Shown: positions 1 to 9,847, numbered from the stretch's first letter. The stretch is 64,000 bases of DNA from Comamonadaceae bacterium (GCA_947371915.1 CANBRM010000002.1:24132-88131), one strand, 5' to 3'. The notes: generated from the letters alone by a model not told the origin. Program-made: numbers and translations.

Positions 1-343
1 CGGCTACACCCTGGCCCGTGCAGCGCAAAGCATCAGCGTGGCAGACATCATCAGAGCCGTCGATGCAGACGCCAACCATGCCCTCGACCAACAACAGGAC
101 GCCGATGGCAGCAGCCTGCTCACCCACGATCTGTGGAACAACCTGAACCAAAAAATGGTGGACCACCTGTCGTCCATCACCCTGCGTCAACTGATGACCG
201 AATCATTGGCTAAAGGCGCGAATGTCGAAGCACGCCCTGCTGGCAAGCGCGGCATTTTTGTGCAACGCGACGCCAAGCCCTTCAAAGTGAACGCCCCCAA
301 CTCAGTGTTCGCCTTGGGTGCAACACTGGCGACATCACGCTGA
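1..343 (+). CDS. Rrf2/IscR-family transcriptional regulator, 5' partial
   Basis: Frame is open from base 2: GYTLAR..ISVADIIRAVD...THDLW..LNQKM..LSSITL, the Rrf2 C-terminal pattern. No Cys in the IscR Fe-S loop region. Confidence 0.8.
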   Translation, partial: GYTLARAAQSISVADIIRAVDADANHALDQQQDADGSSLLTHDLWNNLNQKMVDHLSSITLRQLMTESLAKGANVEARPAGKRGIFVQRDAKPFKVNAPNSVFALGATLATSR

Positions 344-436
344 TCCAGCGCAAGCACACGCGGCGCGTGACACACCACGCCGTCGCCCCTGTTGGCCTCT
401 CTTCGCCCGTTGAGCGAGTTTGGTACGCTGTGCCAC

Positions 437-1270
437 ATGCCCTCATGGATTGACACGCACTGCCACCTCGACGCCGCCGAGTTTGCCCCCGACCGCAGCG
501 CGATGCGTGAACGTGCACGCGCCGCAGGGCTGGCGCACTGCGTGATCCCTGCCGTGGCCGCGGCCAATTTTGAAACCGTGCGCCACTTGGCTCACACCCA
601 AGGCGACCGATACGCTTTAGGCATTCACCCGCTTTACACGCCGCAAGCCACGCCAGAACACTTGGAGCAACTCGACGCTGCCTTGCACGCACACCGCGAC
701 GACCCGCACTTGGTCGCCGTGGGCGAAATTGGTTTGGATGGCTTTGTGCCCAGCCTCAACACACCAGAAGCCTTGGCGCAGCAGCGGCTTTTTTACACAG
801 CGCAACTTGAACTCGCCCAGCGCCACCAGCTGCCGGTGATCTTGCATGTGCGCCGCTCAGCAGATTGGCTGTTGCAAGGCTTACGTAAAACACGGGTTTC
901 GGGCGGCATTGCCCACGCCTTCAACGGCAGCTTGCAACAAGCCCAAACGTTCATCGCCTTGGGCTTCAAATTAGGGTTTGGCGGGGCCTTGACCTACGAG
1001 CGCGCTTTGCAATTGCGACGCTTGGCGACGGAACTGCCGCTGTCTGCGCTGGTGCTCGAAACCGATGCCCCCGACATTCCCCCACATTGGCTCTACGCCA
1101 CGGCCGAGCAACGCGCGGCCGGCACACCCCAAGGCCGCAACGAACCGGCTGAGTTGCCGCGCATCGCCCAAGTTTTGGCTGATTTGCGTGGCATTTCGCT
1201 GACCGAGCTGGCCGCTGTCACCACGGCGAACGCGCGTGCCGCCTTACCGCGCCTACAATTCTCAGTGTGA
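437..1270 (+). CDS. TatD-family hydrolase (DNase)
   Basis: IDTHCHLD, GIHP, VGEIGLD, VILHVR, LETDAP, RNEP motifs. Start placed at ATG 437 (MPSWIDTHCH). Confidence 0.92.
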   Translation: MPSWIDTHCHLDAAEFAPDRSAMRERARAAGLAHCVIPAVAAANFETVRHLAHTQGDRYALGIHPLYTPQATPEHLEQLDAALHAHRDDPHLVAVGEIGLDGFVPSLNTPEALAQQRLFYTAQLELAQRHQLPVILHVRRSADWLLQGLRKTRVSGGIAHAFNGSLQQAQTFIALGFKLGFGGALTYERALQLRRLATELPLSALVLETDAPDIPPHWLYATAEQRAAGTPQGRNEPAELPRIAQVLADLRGISLTELAAVTTANARAALPRLQFSV

Positions 1271-2124
1271 GTACTTCTATCCTGAACGCCGATTTGCACT
1301 GTCACTCTGTGATGTCCGACGGCACCCTGACCCCCGAACAACTCGCCGGACGCGCCAAGGCCAACGGCGTCGAGTTGTGGTCCTTGACCGACCATGACGA
1401 AATCAGCGGCCAAGCTCGCGCCATTGCGGCGGCTCAGGCGCAGGGCATGAAGTACCTCACCGGCACCGAAATCTCGGTCACCTTCGCCAACAAAACCGTG
1501 CACATCGTCGGTTTAGGCTTTGACCACACCAACGCGGCCTTGATCGAAGGCCTGCACAAAACACGCGGCGGTCGCAGCGAACGCGCTCAAGAAATGGCCG
1601 AAGGCTTGGCCCAAGTCGGTATTTATGGGGCCTTCGAAGGCGCGCTCAAATTTGTGGGCAACCCCGAGCTGATTTCGCGCACACACTTTGCACGCTTTTT
1701 GGTTGAAAGCGGTGCCTGCCAAGACACCCACGAGGTGTTTCGCAATTACCTGACCGAAGGCAAACCCGGCTTTGTGCCGCACCGCTGGGCCACGCTCAAA
1801 AACGCGGTGCAATGGATCACCGAGGCCCAAGGCATGGCGGTGATCGCCCACCCGGGCCGCTACGACTTCACGGCAAACGAAGAGTACGCCTTGTTCACCG
1901 AATTCAAAGCGCACGGTGGCCAAGGGGTTGAAGTGGTCACCGGCAGTCACACCGTGCCTGAATACACGGAATACGCCGACATGGCCCGCGAGTTCAACCT
2001 GTTCGCCTCACGCGGCAGCGATTTCCACAGTCCGGATGAAAGCCGCATCGATTTAGGCACCTTGCCTTGGCTACCCGGCCAGCTCACCCCCGTTTGGGAC
2101 GCGCTGGCGCACCGCATTCAGTGA
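1267..2124 (+). CDS. PHP-domain phosphoesterase (TrpH/YciV-like, 3',5'-nucleoside bisphosphate phosphatase type)
   Basis: DLHCHS..SDG, LTDHD, AHP and GSDFH motifs; 4-bp overlap with the TatD gene. Confidence 0.9.
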   Translation: MSTSILNADLHCHSVMSDGTLTPEQLAGRAKANGVELWSLTDHDEISGQARAIAAAQAQGMKYLTGTEISVTFANKTVHIVGLGFDHTNAALIEGLHKTRGGRSERAQEMAEGLAQVGIYGAFEGALKFVGNPELISRTHFARFLVESGACQDTHEVFRNYLTEGKPGFVPHRWATLKNAVQWITEAQGMAVIAHPGRYDFTANEEYALFTEFKAHGGQGVEVVTGSHTVPEYTEYADMAREFNLFASRGSDFHSPDESRIDLGTLPWLPGQLTPVWDALAHRIQ

Positions 2125-3011
2125 TGAAACACCCCGCCCACGGCGCCTTCGCAGGCATGACTTACGCCGTGATCGCCATGGCGTGCTTCGCGGTACTGGA
2201 CACCACCAACAAATTTTTGATCGCCAGCGTGCCCTTGCTGATGGTGCTGTGGTTTCGCTACACCTTCCAAGCCGTGGCCACCACCGCTGTGATGTGGCCG
2301 CGTCGCGGCATGGGCATGTTTCAAACCGGCAGCTTCAAGCTGCAAATGCTGCGGGGGCTGCTGCTGCTCATTTGCAGCGTGCTGGGCTTTGCCAGCTTGC
2401 AGCGCATGCCCGTGGCTGAGTTCAGCGCCATCGCCATGCTGACGCCGCTGGCCGTCACATTTCTGGCCCGTTTTGTGATGAAAGAGCACGTCTCGCGCCT
2501 GCGCTGGCTGTTTGTGGTGGGCGGCTTGGGCGGCGCGCTGCTGATCGTGCGCCCCGGCGGCAGCATGGACACCAGCGCGGCTTGGTTACCGCTGACCATG
2601 GTGGTGGCCTACGCCAGCTTTCAAACCTTGACCAGCCACATGGCCAAAACGGAAAGCCCCGTCACCATGCACATTTACACCGGCTGGGTGGGCTTTGCCA
2701 TCGCGTCGGTGTTGGTCCTGAGCGCTTGGACCACCGACCTCACCCAGACCCAATGGCTGCTGATGTGCCTGATTGGCTTTGCGGGCACCTTGGGTCATTA
2801 CCTGCTGATCATTGCGTTCTCGAAGGCCCCCGCTGCCAGCGTGACGCCTTTTCTGTACAGCGGCATTGGTTTTGCCACCTTGGGCGGTTGGTTGGTGTTT
2901 GCCTACGTACCCGACCGCATTGCCGTGCTGGGCATGCTGCTGATTGCCCTGTGCGGCTTAGGCGCAGGCTGGCTCAGCCAGCGCGAACATGCCCGCGCCC
3001 ACAAACGTTGA
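2124..3011 (+). CDS. DMT/EamA-family transporter
   Basis: About 10 hydrophobic segments in two EamA-like halves (LIVRPG; APAASVTPFLY). Start ATG overlaps the upstream stop. Confidence 0.88.
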   Translation: MKHPAHGAFAGMTYAVIAMACFAVLDTTNKFLIASVPLLMVLWFRYTFQAVATTAVMWPRRGMGMFQTGSFKLQMLRGLLLLICSVLGFASLQRMPVAEFSAIAMLTPLAVTFLARFVMKEHVSRLRWLFVVGGLGGALLIVRPGGSMDTSAAWLPLTMVVAYASFQTLTSHMAKTESPVTMHIYTGWVGFAIASVLVLSAWTTDLTQTQWLLMCLIGFAGTLGHYLLIIAFSKAPAASVTPFLYSGIGFATLGGWLVFAYVPDRIAVLGMLLIALCGLGAGWLSQREHARAHKR

Positions 3012-3017
3012 GTTGAC

Positions 3018-3653
3018 ATGGCCCAGTTTCTTCAAGTTCACCCTGACAACCCGCAACCGCGCTTGCTCAAACAAGCCGTGGCCTTGCTGGAACGCGGCGG
3101 TGTGCTGGCCGTGCCCACCGACTCCAGCTACGCCTTGGTCTGCCACTTGGACGACAAAGCGGCGGTGGAGCACATGCGCCGCATCCGCCAAGTCGACGAC
3201 AAGCACCACCTGACCCTGATGTGCCGCGACTTGTCCGAACTGGCCAATTACGCCAAGGTCGACAACCGGCAATACCGCTTACTGAAAGCCGCCACGCCTG
3301 GCGCTTACACCTTCATTTTGGAAGCCACCAAAGAAGTGCCACGGCGGGTCAGCCACCCGCAGCGCAAAACCATTGGTCTGCGCGTGCCGCTCAACCGCAC
3401 CTTGCTCGATCTGCTGGCACTGCACGGCGCACCGCTGCTGGCCACGACCTTGATCCCGCCCGGAGAAACCGAGCCCTTGAACGACGCGGAAGAGATTCGC
3501 GACCGCTTTGAACACGAGCTGGCAGCCGTCATCGACGCCGGTGCCTGCGCCCTAGAACCCACCACCGTGGTCGACTTGACGGCCATGGACGGCGGCGGTG
3601 ACCCCGAAGTCATTCGCCAGGGACGAGGCCCACTCGACATCTTGGGCCTTTGA
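3018..3653 (+). CDS. yciO: Sua5/YciO/YrdC-family protein (YciO-like threonylcarbamoyl-AMP synthase family)
   Basis: MAQFLQVHPDNPQPRL, PTDSSYAL, RKTIGLRVP, PTTVVDL, RQGRG; usual neighbour of TrpH and trpS. Confidence 0.85.
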   Translation: MAQFLQVHPDNPQPRLLKQAVALLERGGVLAVPTDSSYALVCHLDDKAAVEHMRRIRQVDDKHHLTLMCRDLSELANYAKVDNRQYRLLKAATPGAYTFILEATKEVPRRVSHPQRKTIGLRVPLNRTLLDLLALHGAPLLATTLIPPGETEPLNDAEEIRDRFEHELAAVIDAGACALEPTTVVDLTAMDGGGDPEVIRQGRGPLDILGL

Positions 3654-3689
3654 ACGTTAAATAGGCTTTTACAACCGAGGAACTCAGCC

Positions 3690-4652
3690 ATGACGATGTC
3701 CCAAGGTTTACGCCTCTTTTTGCTGTCCCTCAGCTTGTTGGCCTGCTCCGCTGGGGCGCAAACCACAACTTACCTGTGGCCCACGGTGCTCTTTATCAAA
3801 GGCCAAGACCTGTGCCAATACGAAGACGCCTACGCCAGCAGCCGCAGCGCACAAGTCAACGAGATCACCAGCCAGCTCAAAGAGCTCATGCGCTTGGGGG
3901 CCTCCACACCCGAAGGCTTGGATGCCCTGCTCTCCATTGACGGCTTGGTGGACAAAAACCGCAACTTGGCCACCGCTGGCACGCGCATGGACATCACCCT
4001 CGAAGCCAGCCTGAAAGCCTACCTCGATCGCATGTACATGGGCTTTAACCCCAAAGACATGCGCCTGCAATTCTTCAATCCAGCACCTCTGAACGAGGTG
4101 CTCAAAACGCTGCGCGAGAACCCACGCAATGGCGTCATCAGCGCCGAACAGTTGGCGTCTTTGTCGGGGTTTGTGTGGGGCACCTACGCTTACGGACCGG
4201 GATGCAAGGGCGATTTGGTGGTCACCGTACACGTTGAAATTCATGGCGGTAATTCGGTGAGCTTTCAGGCGCAAGGCAAACCCGAAACCGTGATGTCCTT
4301 GATTGCCGCCGACATGGTTCGGCACTTTCAGCGCACCACTTTCCCAACGGCGGTGATCATGGGTGACAAAACCTTGGTCTTGATCGGCACGGCGGGCTCG
4401 CCCATCAACAAGGCGCCCACACCACAGATCGCAGAACGCTCTTGCACCCTGATCAAAGCGCGGCTGCCCACCCAAGACGAGTATGAATTCTTGTCCATCA
4501 TGGGCGACTGGAACAACGGTGTCTCGCTAGACCACAAGGTCTGGGCCATGTCCAGCAACCGTGTACTGGCACCCGACATGCGCAACCCAAGCCCTGTGCG
4601 GGGTCATGTCGACGTGAATTACGAAGAGGTGTATTTCTACTGCGTGCGCTAG
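3690..4652 (+). CDS. Hypothetical secreted protein, possible C-terminal C-type-lectin-like fold
   Basis: RBS-like GAGGA upstream; signal peptide ending AGA-Q; C-terminal C...RLPTQDEY...W...YFYCVR. Confidence 0.7.
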   Translation: MTMSQGLRLFLLSLSLLACSAGAQTTTYLWPTVLFIKGQDLCQYEDAYASSRSAQVNEITSQLKELMRLGASTPEGLDALLSIDGLVDKNRNLATAGTRMDITLEASLKAYLDRMYMGFNPKDMRLQFFNPAPLNEVLKTLRENPRNGVISAEQLASLSGFVWGTYAYGPGCKGDLVVTVHVEIHGGNSVSFQAQGKPETVMSLIAADMVRHFQRTTFPTAVIMGDKTLVLIGTAGSPINKAPTPQIAERSCTLIKARLPTQDEYEFLSIMGDWNNGVSLDHKVWAMSSNRVLAPDMRNPSPVRGHVDVNYEEVYFYCVR

Positions 4653-4698
4653 GCCCCGTCCAGAGGGGGCTAAGGGCTTTCAATGCGACAATTGTTCG

Positions 4699-5370
4699 GT
4701 GAATTTTCCTGACCTGATTCAAACCATTTTGATTTATGCCTTGCCCGTGGTGTTTGCCATCACGTTGCACGAGGCGGCGCATGGTTACGTGGCGCACCGC
4801 TTGGGTGACAACACGGCGTGGATGATGGGTCGCGTCACCCTCAACCCGTTTCCACACATCGACCCCATGGGCACCTTGGTGATGCCCGTGGTCCTGTTTT
4901 TAGCTACGGGCGGTAACTTTTTATTTGGGTATGCCCGCCCTGTGCCCGTGCGCTTTGGCAACTTGAACCATCCCAAACGCGACATGATTTGGGTCGCCTT
5001 GGCTGGCCCTCTTTCCAACTTGGTCCAAGCGCTGCTTTGGGGCGTGGTGCTGTACGCCTTGGCAGGTGCGGGCGTGCAAGAGCGCTTCTTTTTAGAAGCG
5101 GCCAAAGCGGGCATCAAAGTCAACGCCGTCATGTTTGCCTTCAACCTGTTTCCCTTGCCCCCGCTGGATGGCGGCCGCATCTTGGTCGGCCTGCTGCCTT
5201 GGAAACAAGCCGTGTGGCTGTCCAAATTGGAGCCTTGGGGCTTTTACATCGTCATGGCCTTGGTGGTGATGGGCTTCATCAACACCTTTTGGATGGCGCC
5301 CCTGATGGCGCTGACCTTTGAACTCTTGAGCTTGTTGCTCAGTCCCCTTGAATTTTTACTGAAGTCCTGA
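4699..5370 (+). CDS. Site-2 protease (peptidase M50)
   Basis: HEAAHG (HExxH), VALAGP, FNLFPLPPLDGG. Confidence 0.93.
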   Translation: MNFPDLIQTILIYALPVVFAITLHEAAHGYVAHRLGDNTAWMMGRVTLNPFPHIDPMGTLVMPVVLFLATGGNFLFGYARPVPVRFGNLNHPKRDMIWVALAGPLSNLVQALLWGVVLYALAGAGVQERFFLEAAKAGIKVNAVMFAFNLFPLPPLDGGRILVGLLPWKQAVWLSKLEPWGFYIVMALVVMGFINTFWMAPLMALTFELLSLLLSPLEFLLKS

Positions 5371-5373
5371 TCC

Positions 5374-6570
5374 ATGAAAGAACGCGTTCTCTCCGGCATG
5401 CGCCCCACCGGCGCCTTGCACTTGGGCCACTACCACGGCGCTTTGAAAAACTGGGTACGCCTGCAGTCTGAAATGGATTGCTACTACTTCGTCGCCGACT
5501 GGCACGCCCTCACCACGCACTACGAAAGCCGCGAGGTGATCGAGAAGAACGTGTACGAGATGGTCATCGACTGGCTGGCCGTGGGCTTAGACCCCAACCA
5601 ATGCACCATCTTTTTGCAAAGCCGTTTGCCTGAACACGCCGAGTTGTTCACCCTCTTGGCCATGGGTACGCCCTTAGGCTGGTTGGAGCGTGTGCCCACC
5701 TACAAAGACCAGCAAGAAAAGCTCAAGGACAAAGACCTGTCCACCTACGGCTTCTTGGGCTACCCCCTGCTGCAAGCCGCCGACATCCTGATGTACAAGG
5801 CCAAGTACGTGCCGGTGGGTGAAGACCAATCCAGCCACGTAGAGTTGACCCGCGAAGCCGCGCGCCGCTTCAACCACCTCTATGGCCGCGAAACCAACGC
5901 CGAAGCCAAAGTACAGACCAGCTTGGCCAAACTACCCAAAGACAGCGTCAAACGCTTCGAAAAAGCACGCAAAACCTACCAAGAAACGGGTGACGCCAAG
6001 GCCGCCGAAGGTGCTTTGGGCTATTTGGCAAGCGCCACCGAGCTCGACAGCCAAGACCGCGAACGCTTGGAAGGCTATTTCAAAGGCACCGGCAAAGTCA
6101 TCTTGCCCGAGCCTCAAGCCTTGTTGACCGAAGCCAGCAAGTTACCCGGCTTGGACGGCGCCAAGATGAGCAAGAGCTACAACAACGCGATTGCCATCCG
6201 CGAAGACCGCGCCACGCTGGAGCACAAAGTCAAGCGCATGCCCACCGACCCTGCACGCGTCAAGCGCACGGACGTGGGCAACCCCGACAAATGCCCCGTG
6301 TGGCAATTTCACATGGTCTATTCTGACGAAAATCAGCGCCAGTGGGTGACCCAAGGCTGCAAAACAGCAAGTATTGGTTGCTTAGAATGTAAGCAACCCA
6401 TCATTGATGCCATCCTGCGCGAGCAGCAGCCCATGCTGGAACGAGCCGAACCGTACATTGCAAACCCTAAAATCGTCCGTGATATCGTTGACGCAGGTAC
6501 AGAAAAGGCCCGCATCACGGCGCGCGAGACCATGCGCGATGTTCGCGACGCCATGGGGCTAAACTACTAA
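5374..6570 (+). CDS. trpS: Tryptophan--tRNA ligase
   Basis: SGMRPTGALHLGH, YPLLQAADIL, VPVGEDQ, KMSKS. Confidence 0.97.
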   Translation: MKERVLSGMRPTGALHLGHYHGALKNWVRLQSEMDCYYFVADWHALTTHYESREVIEKNVYEMVIDWLAVGLDPNQCTIFLQSRLPEHAELFTLLAMGTPLGWLERVPTYKDQQEKLKDKDLSTYGFLGYPLLQAADILMYKAKYVPVGEDQSSHVELTREAARRFNHLYGRETNAEAKVQTSLAKLPKDSVKRFEKARKTYQETGDAKAAEGALGYLASATELDSQDRERLEGYFKGTGKVILPEPQALLTEASKLPGLDGAKMSKSYNNAIAIREDRATLEHKVKRMPTDPARVKRTDVGNPDKCPVWQFHMVYSDENQRQWVTQGCKTASIGCLECKQPIIDAILREQQPMLERAEPYIANPKIVRDIVDAGTEKARITARETMRDVRDAMGLNY

Positions 6571-6593
6571 GATATTTGTTGGAGTAATAAAAA

Positions 6594-7184
6594 ATGAGTT
6601 TGTACATCATCGACGACCATCCTTTGGTTCGCCAAGCGATCGCCATGTTGCTGCGCCGCATGCGCCCTGCATCCAAAGTCGTTGAATTAGAAAAGTTCAG
6701 CGAGTTACAAGCGGCCATCATTAAGAACGGTGACCCAGAGCTCTTTGTGCTTGATTTGTTGTTGCCTGGCGTCAAAGGTACGAGCGCTGTGCGCGAAGTC
6801 AAAACCATGTACGGCGACATTCCGTTGGTGGTGATTTCTTCTATGCCTGCAGGCGAAGCAGAAGAAACATGTATCGAAGCCGGTGCCGATCTGTACCTCG
6901 AAAAATCAACCCCTGCCCCCGAAATTTCATCGGCCATTCAAGGCCTGTTTGCGGCTGAAGGCGGCGACGAAGAAACTGTGGTCGTCGGTGAAACCAAGTT
7001 GTCCAAGCGTCAAAAGCAACTCATTGTCATGCTCGACCGTGGCTTGAGCAACCGCGACATTGCCGCCGAACTCGACATCAGCGAGCACACGGTCAAGGTT
7101 CACCTGTGGCGTCTGTTCCGTCGTTTGGATGTGAAAAGCCGTACCCAAACCCTGCACTTTGCACGCCAGCACGGCTTGCTGTAA
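6594..7184 (+). CDS. NarL/LuxR-family response regulator
   Basis: Receiver IIDDHPLVR...VLDLLLPG; HTH LSKRQ..GLSNRDIA..ISEHTVKVHL. Confidence 0.92.
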   Translation: MSLYIIDDHPLVRQAIAMLLRRMRPASKVVELEKFSELQAAIIKNGDPELFVLDLLLPGVKGTSAVREVKTMYGDIPLVVISSMPAGEAEETCIEAGADLYLEKSTPAPEISSAIQGLFAAEGGDEETVVVGETKLSKRQKQLIVMLDRGLSNRDIAAELDISEHTVKVHLWRLFRRLDVKSRTQTLHFARQHGLL

Positions 7185-7225
7185 CTTTTATTCGTCAGGA
7201 CACGGAGGTGGATTCACCTCAGGTC

Positions 7226-7267
7226 AAAAAATCCCCGCTGCGGCTCTGGCCTAGCGGGGGTTTTTTT
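7226..7267. terminator. Bidirectional intrinsic terminator
   Basis: AAAAAA-TCCCCGCT...AGCGGGGG-TTTTTTT hairpin between the convergent response regulator and ccmI. Confidence 0.8.
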
Positions 7268-7341
7268 ATGGGCAGCGCAATCAATGCCTAGGGCAAAGGT
7301 TGGGTGCTGATAAGACCCACGCCGCATTGCGGCGTGTGCCA

Positions 7342-8706
7342 TCAAGGTTGTACGTCTTTGGCGATCAAACTCAGGTTGTGACTGCCCAGTTTGACAGGGC
7401 TCACACTGCCCGTCACATCGCCAGGTTGAGGCACAGCTTGCCCGCTCTTGGACACACGCACGCGAACCGTCACTTCAGCCATGCTGGAGAGCTTGGCGCT
7501 GGGGTTCATCGCCGTGCTGTCGTCCAACACGAAGTCGAAGGGCAAGGCGGACACCGTGGTACGCACGATCGCCACGGGCATGCGTGAGCCGCTGACCGCT
7601 GTGGCATACACAAACACGGTGTCTTGGGGGCCCACCTTGCCAGCCAACTCAGGTGCCACACTCACGCGACCGCGAATTTGCACTTGCGTCGACGCTGACA
7701 CACCCCGCCCCTCTGAAGCGGCTGCTGGTGCATCGGTTGGCTTTGCTACCACCTTGCTCGAATTAGAAGCCGCAGGCGCTGGTGCCAGTCCCAACTTTTC
7801 GCGCGCTTCTGAAATGGCGCGGTCGAGTTCGGGGGCATCAGGCGAATCAGCGGCAACCACCTCACGAGCATGCTCCCAAAAACGCAAGGCGGCACTGTAG
7901 TTTGATTCGGTGTAGGACGCGCTGCCGGCCAAAAACAAAGCATTCAAATGGCGCGAATCGGCTTTGAGCACGCGCTGAATGATGGCCCAAGGCTCACCCG
8001 CGAAATTGCCTGCATTTTGCTGTGCGAGCACTTCGGCCAAATCAATCGCCAAGTTGTCGTCTTGGCTCAAAGCCAAGGCCTTGCGCAGGGATTGACCCGA
8101 AGGCTCGAATTGACCCAAGGCACGTTGCACGCGCGCCAGCATGACCCAGCCTTCCACGTTGTTAGGCTCGTCTTCCAAACGGCGGCTCAAAGCAGCGGCC
8201 ATGGTGGTGAGTTTCTCGGGCGTCACTTCGGCTTCTTTGCTCGTGCCTTGCTTCAACGCCAATGGGTCGAGCGCTTCGGGTTGCCCCAACAACCCATACA
8301 TCACCAAGGACAACACGGGCACCAACACGATGAGCGCAGTCAACCAAACCCAAGGCTGACGCGCGGCAGCCACAGCGGTCGTGTGAGCTGACGTGCCTGC
8401 ACCTGATGCCTCAACGTCAGGCTCAGCAGGACCCACATCATCAAGCAAACGCTGGCTCAACTCATCGCGGGCGATCTGCAACTCTTGGTCATTCAGATTA
8501 CCCAAGGCGAACTCACGCTCCAAATCCAGCAGCTGATCACGGTAGACGGCCGCATTGGCCAACCCGGGGTTATCGCGGGCTGCGTCACGCGCCTGCAAGG
8601 CCAACGCGCCGGCTTGCGCGCCACGCCACAGCGCCACGCACAGCACCACCAAGACGAGGGCAATCAGGCCAACGGCCAAGACGATAAAGGTCAAAGCAGG
8701 GTTCAC
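7342..8706 (-). CDS. ccmI: Cytochrome c biogenesis protein CcmI/CycH (TPR)
   Basis: N-terminal TM, NAAVYRDQL..LERE, TPR segment (EGWVMLAR), C-terminal PFDFVLDDSTAM..VRVRVSKSG domain; last gene of the ccm operon. Confidence 0.88.
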   Translation of the reverse strand: MNPALTFIVLAVGLIALVLVVLCVALWRGAQAGALALQARDAARDNPGLANAAVYRDQLLDLEREFALGNLNDQELQIARDELSQRLLDDVGPAEPDVEASGAGTSAHTTAVAAARQPWVWLTALIVLVPVLSLVMYGLLGQPEALDPLALKQGTSKEAEVTPEKLTTMAAALSRRLEDEPNNVEGWVMLARVQRALGQFEPSGQSLRKALALSQDDNLAIDLAEVLAQQNAGNFAGEPWAIIQRVLKADSRHLNALFLAGSASYTESNYSAALRFWEHAREVVAADSPDAPELDRAISEAREKLGLAPAPAASNSSKVVAKPTDAPAAASEGRGVSASTQVQIRGRVSVAPELAGKVGPQDTVFVYATAVSGSRMPVAIVRTTVSALPFDFVLDDSTAMNPSAKLSSMAEVTVRVRVSKSGQAVPQPGDVTGSVSPVKLGSHNLSLIAKDVQP

Positions 8707-8707
8707 A

Positions 8708-9247
8708 TCAAGCCTTCAAAATTTTCTGCGCGCGCGCGCGATCTGCATCGCTCAAAGGCGCGGGCTGCACCTGCTGGCGGCGTTGGCGCAAGTACACGCC
8801 CATCAACACAGCCGCCACCAACAGCAACAAGAACGGGCCAAACCAAAGCACCCAAGTCAGAGGTTTGACTTCGGGTCGGTACAGTACAAAGTCACCGTAG
8901 CGGGCCACCAAAAAGTCTTTTACTTCTTGGTCGGTTTTGCCTTGGCGAATTAAGTCGCGCACTTCGCGGCGCAAGTCGTCCGCCAACTCGGCATGTGAGG
9001 ACGCCAGCGACTCGTTTTGACACACCAAGCATCGCAGCTCTTGCGAAATGTCGACCAAACGAGCTTCCAGCTTTGGGTCGTCCGCCAAAGGTGCGGCTTC
9101 GCGGATCAGGTCAGAGGCTGGGGCTGGGGCTGGGGCTGAAATTTGAACGGGCGCTTGAGGAGAAACCACCTGCGCCGAAACCGTCATGGCGCACATGGCG
9201 ACGACAGCCGAAACCAGCCCAAACTTCAAAGAAAAAACGTAAGTCAT
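8708..9247 (-). CDS. ccmH: Cytochrome c biogenesis protein CcmH
   Basis: ELRCLVCQNESL, ARYGDFVLYRP. Confidence 0.95.
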   Translation of the reverse strand: MTYVFSLKFGLVSAVVAMCAMTVSAQVVSPQAPVQISAPAPAPASDLIREAAPLADDPKLEARLVDISQELRCLVCQNESLASSHAELADDLRREVRDLIRQGKTDQEVKDFLVARYGDFVLYRPEVKPLTWVLWFGPFLLLLVAAVLMGVYLRQRRQQVQPAPLSDADRARAQKILKA

Positions 9248-9822
9248 GATTTGTTCAGAGCCTCTATCAAGGGCAAGATTTTGTCGGCCAGCAACTTTGG
9301 CGTGACTGCGCCCACGCGCTTGTAGCGAATGACGCCCTGCTTGTCGATGATGTAGGTCTCAGGCACGCCATAGACGCCGTAGTTGATGCCCACGCGCCCG
9401 TCCAAATCCATCACCGAGGTGACGTAAGGGTTGCCGTGGCGCTCAAGCCAGACCACGCTGCGTTCACGCGCCACTTGCAACTTCACATCGTCCGACGCTT
9501 TGGCGGCGGCATCTTGGGGCTGAATTTCTTTGTAGCTCAAGCCCACGATGGGCACGCTGTTTTTCTTAGCAAAGGCGACCAACACCGGATGCTCTTCGCG
9601 GCAAGCCACACACCACGTGGCCCACACGTTGAACATCCACACCTGACCCAACATGTCCTTGGGGGAGAACTTGGCATCCCCCGCCAACGTGGGCAGGCTG
9701 AATTCGGGCGCAGGCTTGTTCACCAAAGGCGACGGAATTTCGCGGGGGTCCAGCTTCAAGCCAACCGCCAAAAACACCACCAAGCCGAAGAACAAGACCA
9801 AAGGAATCAGAAATTTTTTCAT
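9244..9822 (-). CDS. ccmG: Thiol:disulfide interchange protein CcmG/DsbE
   Basis: PSPLVNKPAP, NVWATWCVAC, GVYGVPETY. Confidence 0.95.
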   Translation of the reverse strand: MKKFLIPLVLFFGLVVFLAVGLKLDPREIPSPLVNKPAPEFSLPTLAGDAKFSPKDMLGQVWMFNVWATWCVACREEHPVLVAFAKKNSVPIVGLSYKEIQPQDAAAKASDDVKLQVARERSVVWLERHGNPYVTSVMDLDGRVGINYGVYGVPETYIIDKQGVIRYKRVGAVTPKLLADKILPLIEALNKS

Positions 9823-9847
9823 AGCAATTCGACGTGAACTCTGCAGC

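Noticed and set aside
5880-6100. About 70-aa insertion in TrpRS
   Set aside because: As far as I recall, this longer form is common in betaproteobacterial TrpRS; no intein or splicing motifs.
9114-9138. GGGGCT short tandem repeat in ccmH, and GCT/GCC runs at 52800-52900
   Set aside because: In-frame Ala/Pro linker coding; not CRISPR or phase-variation tracts.
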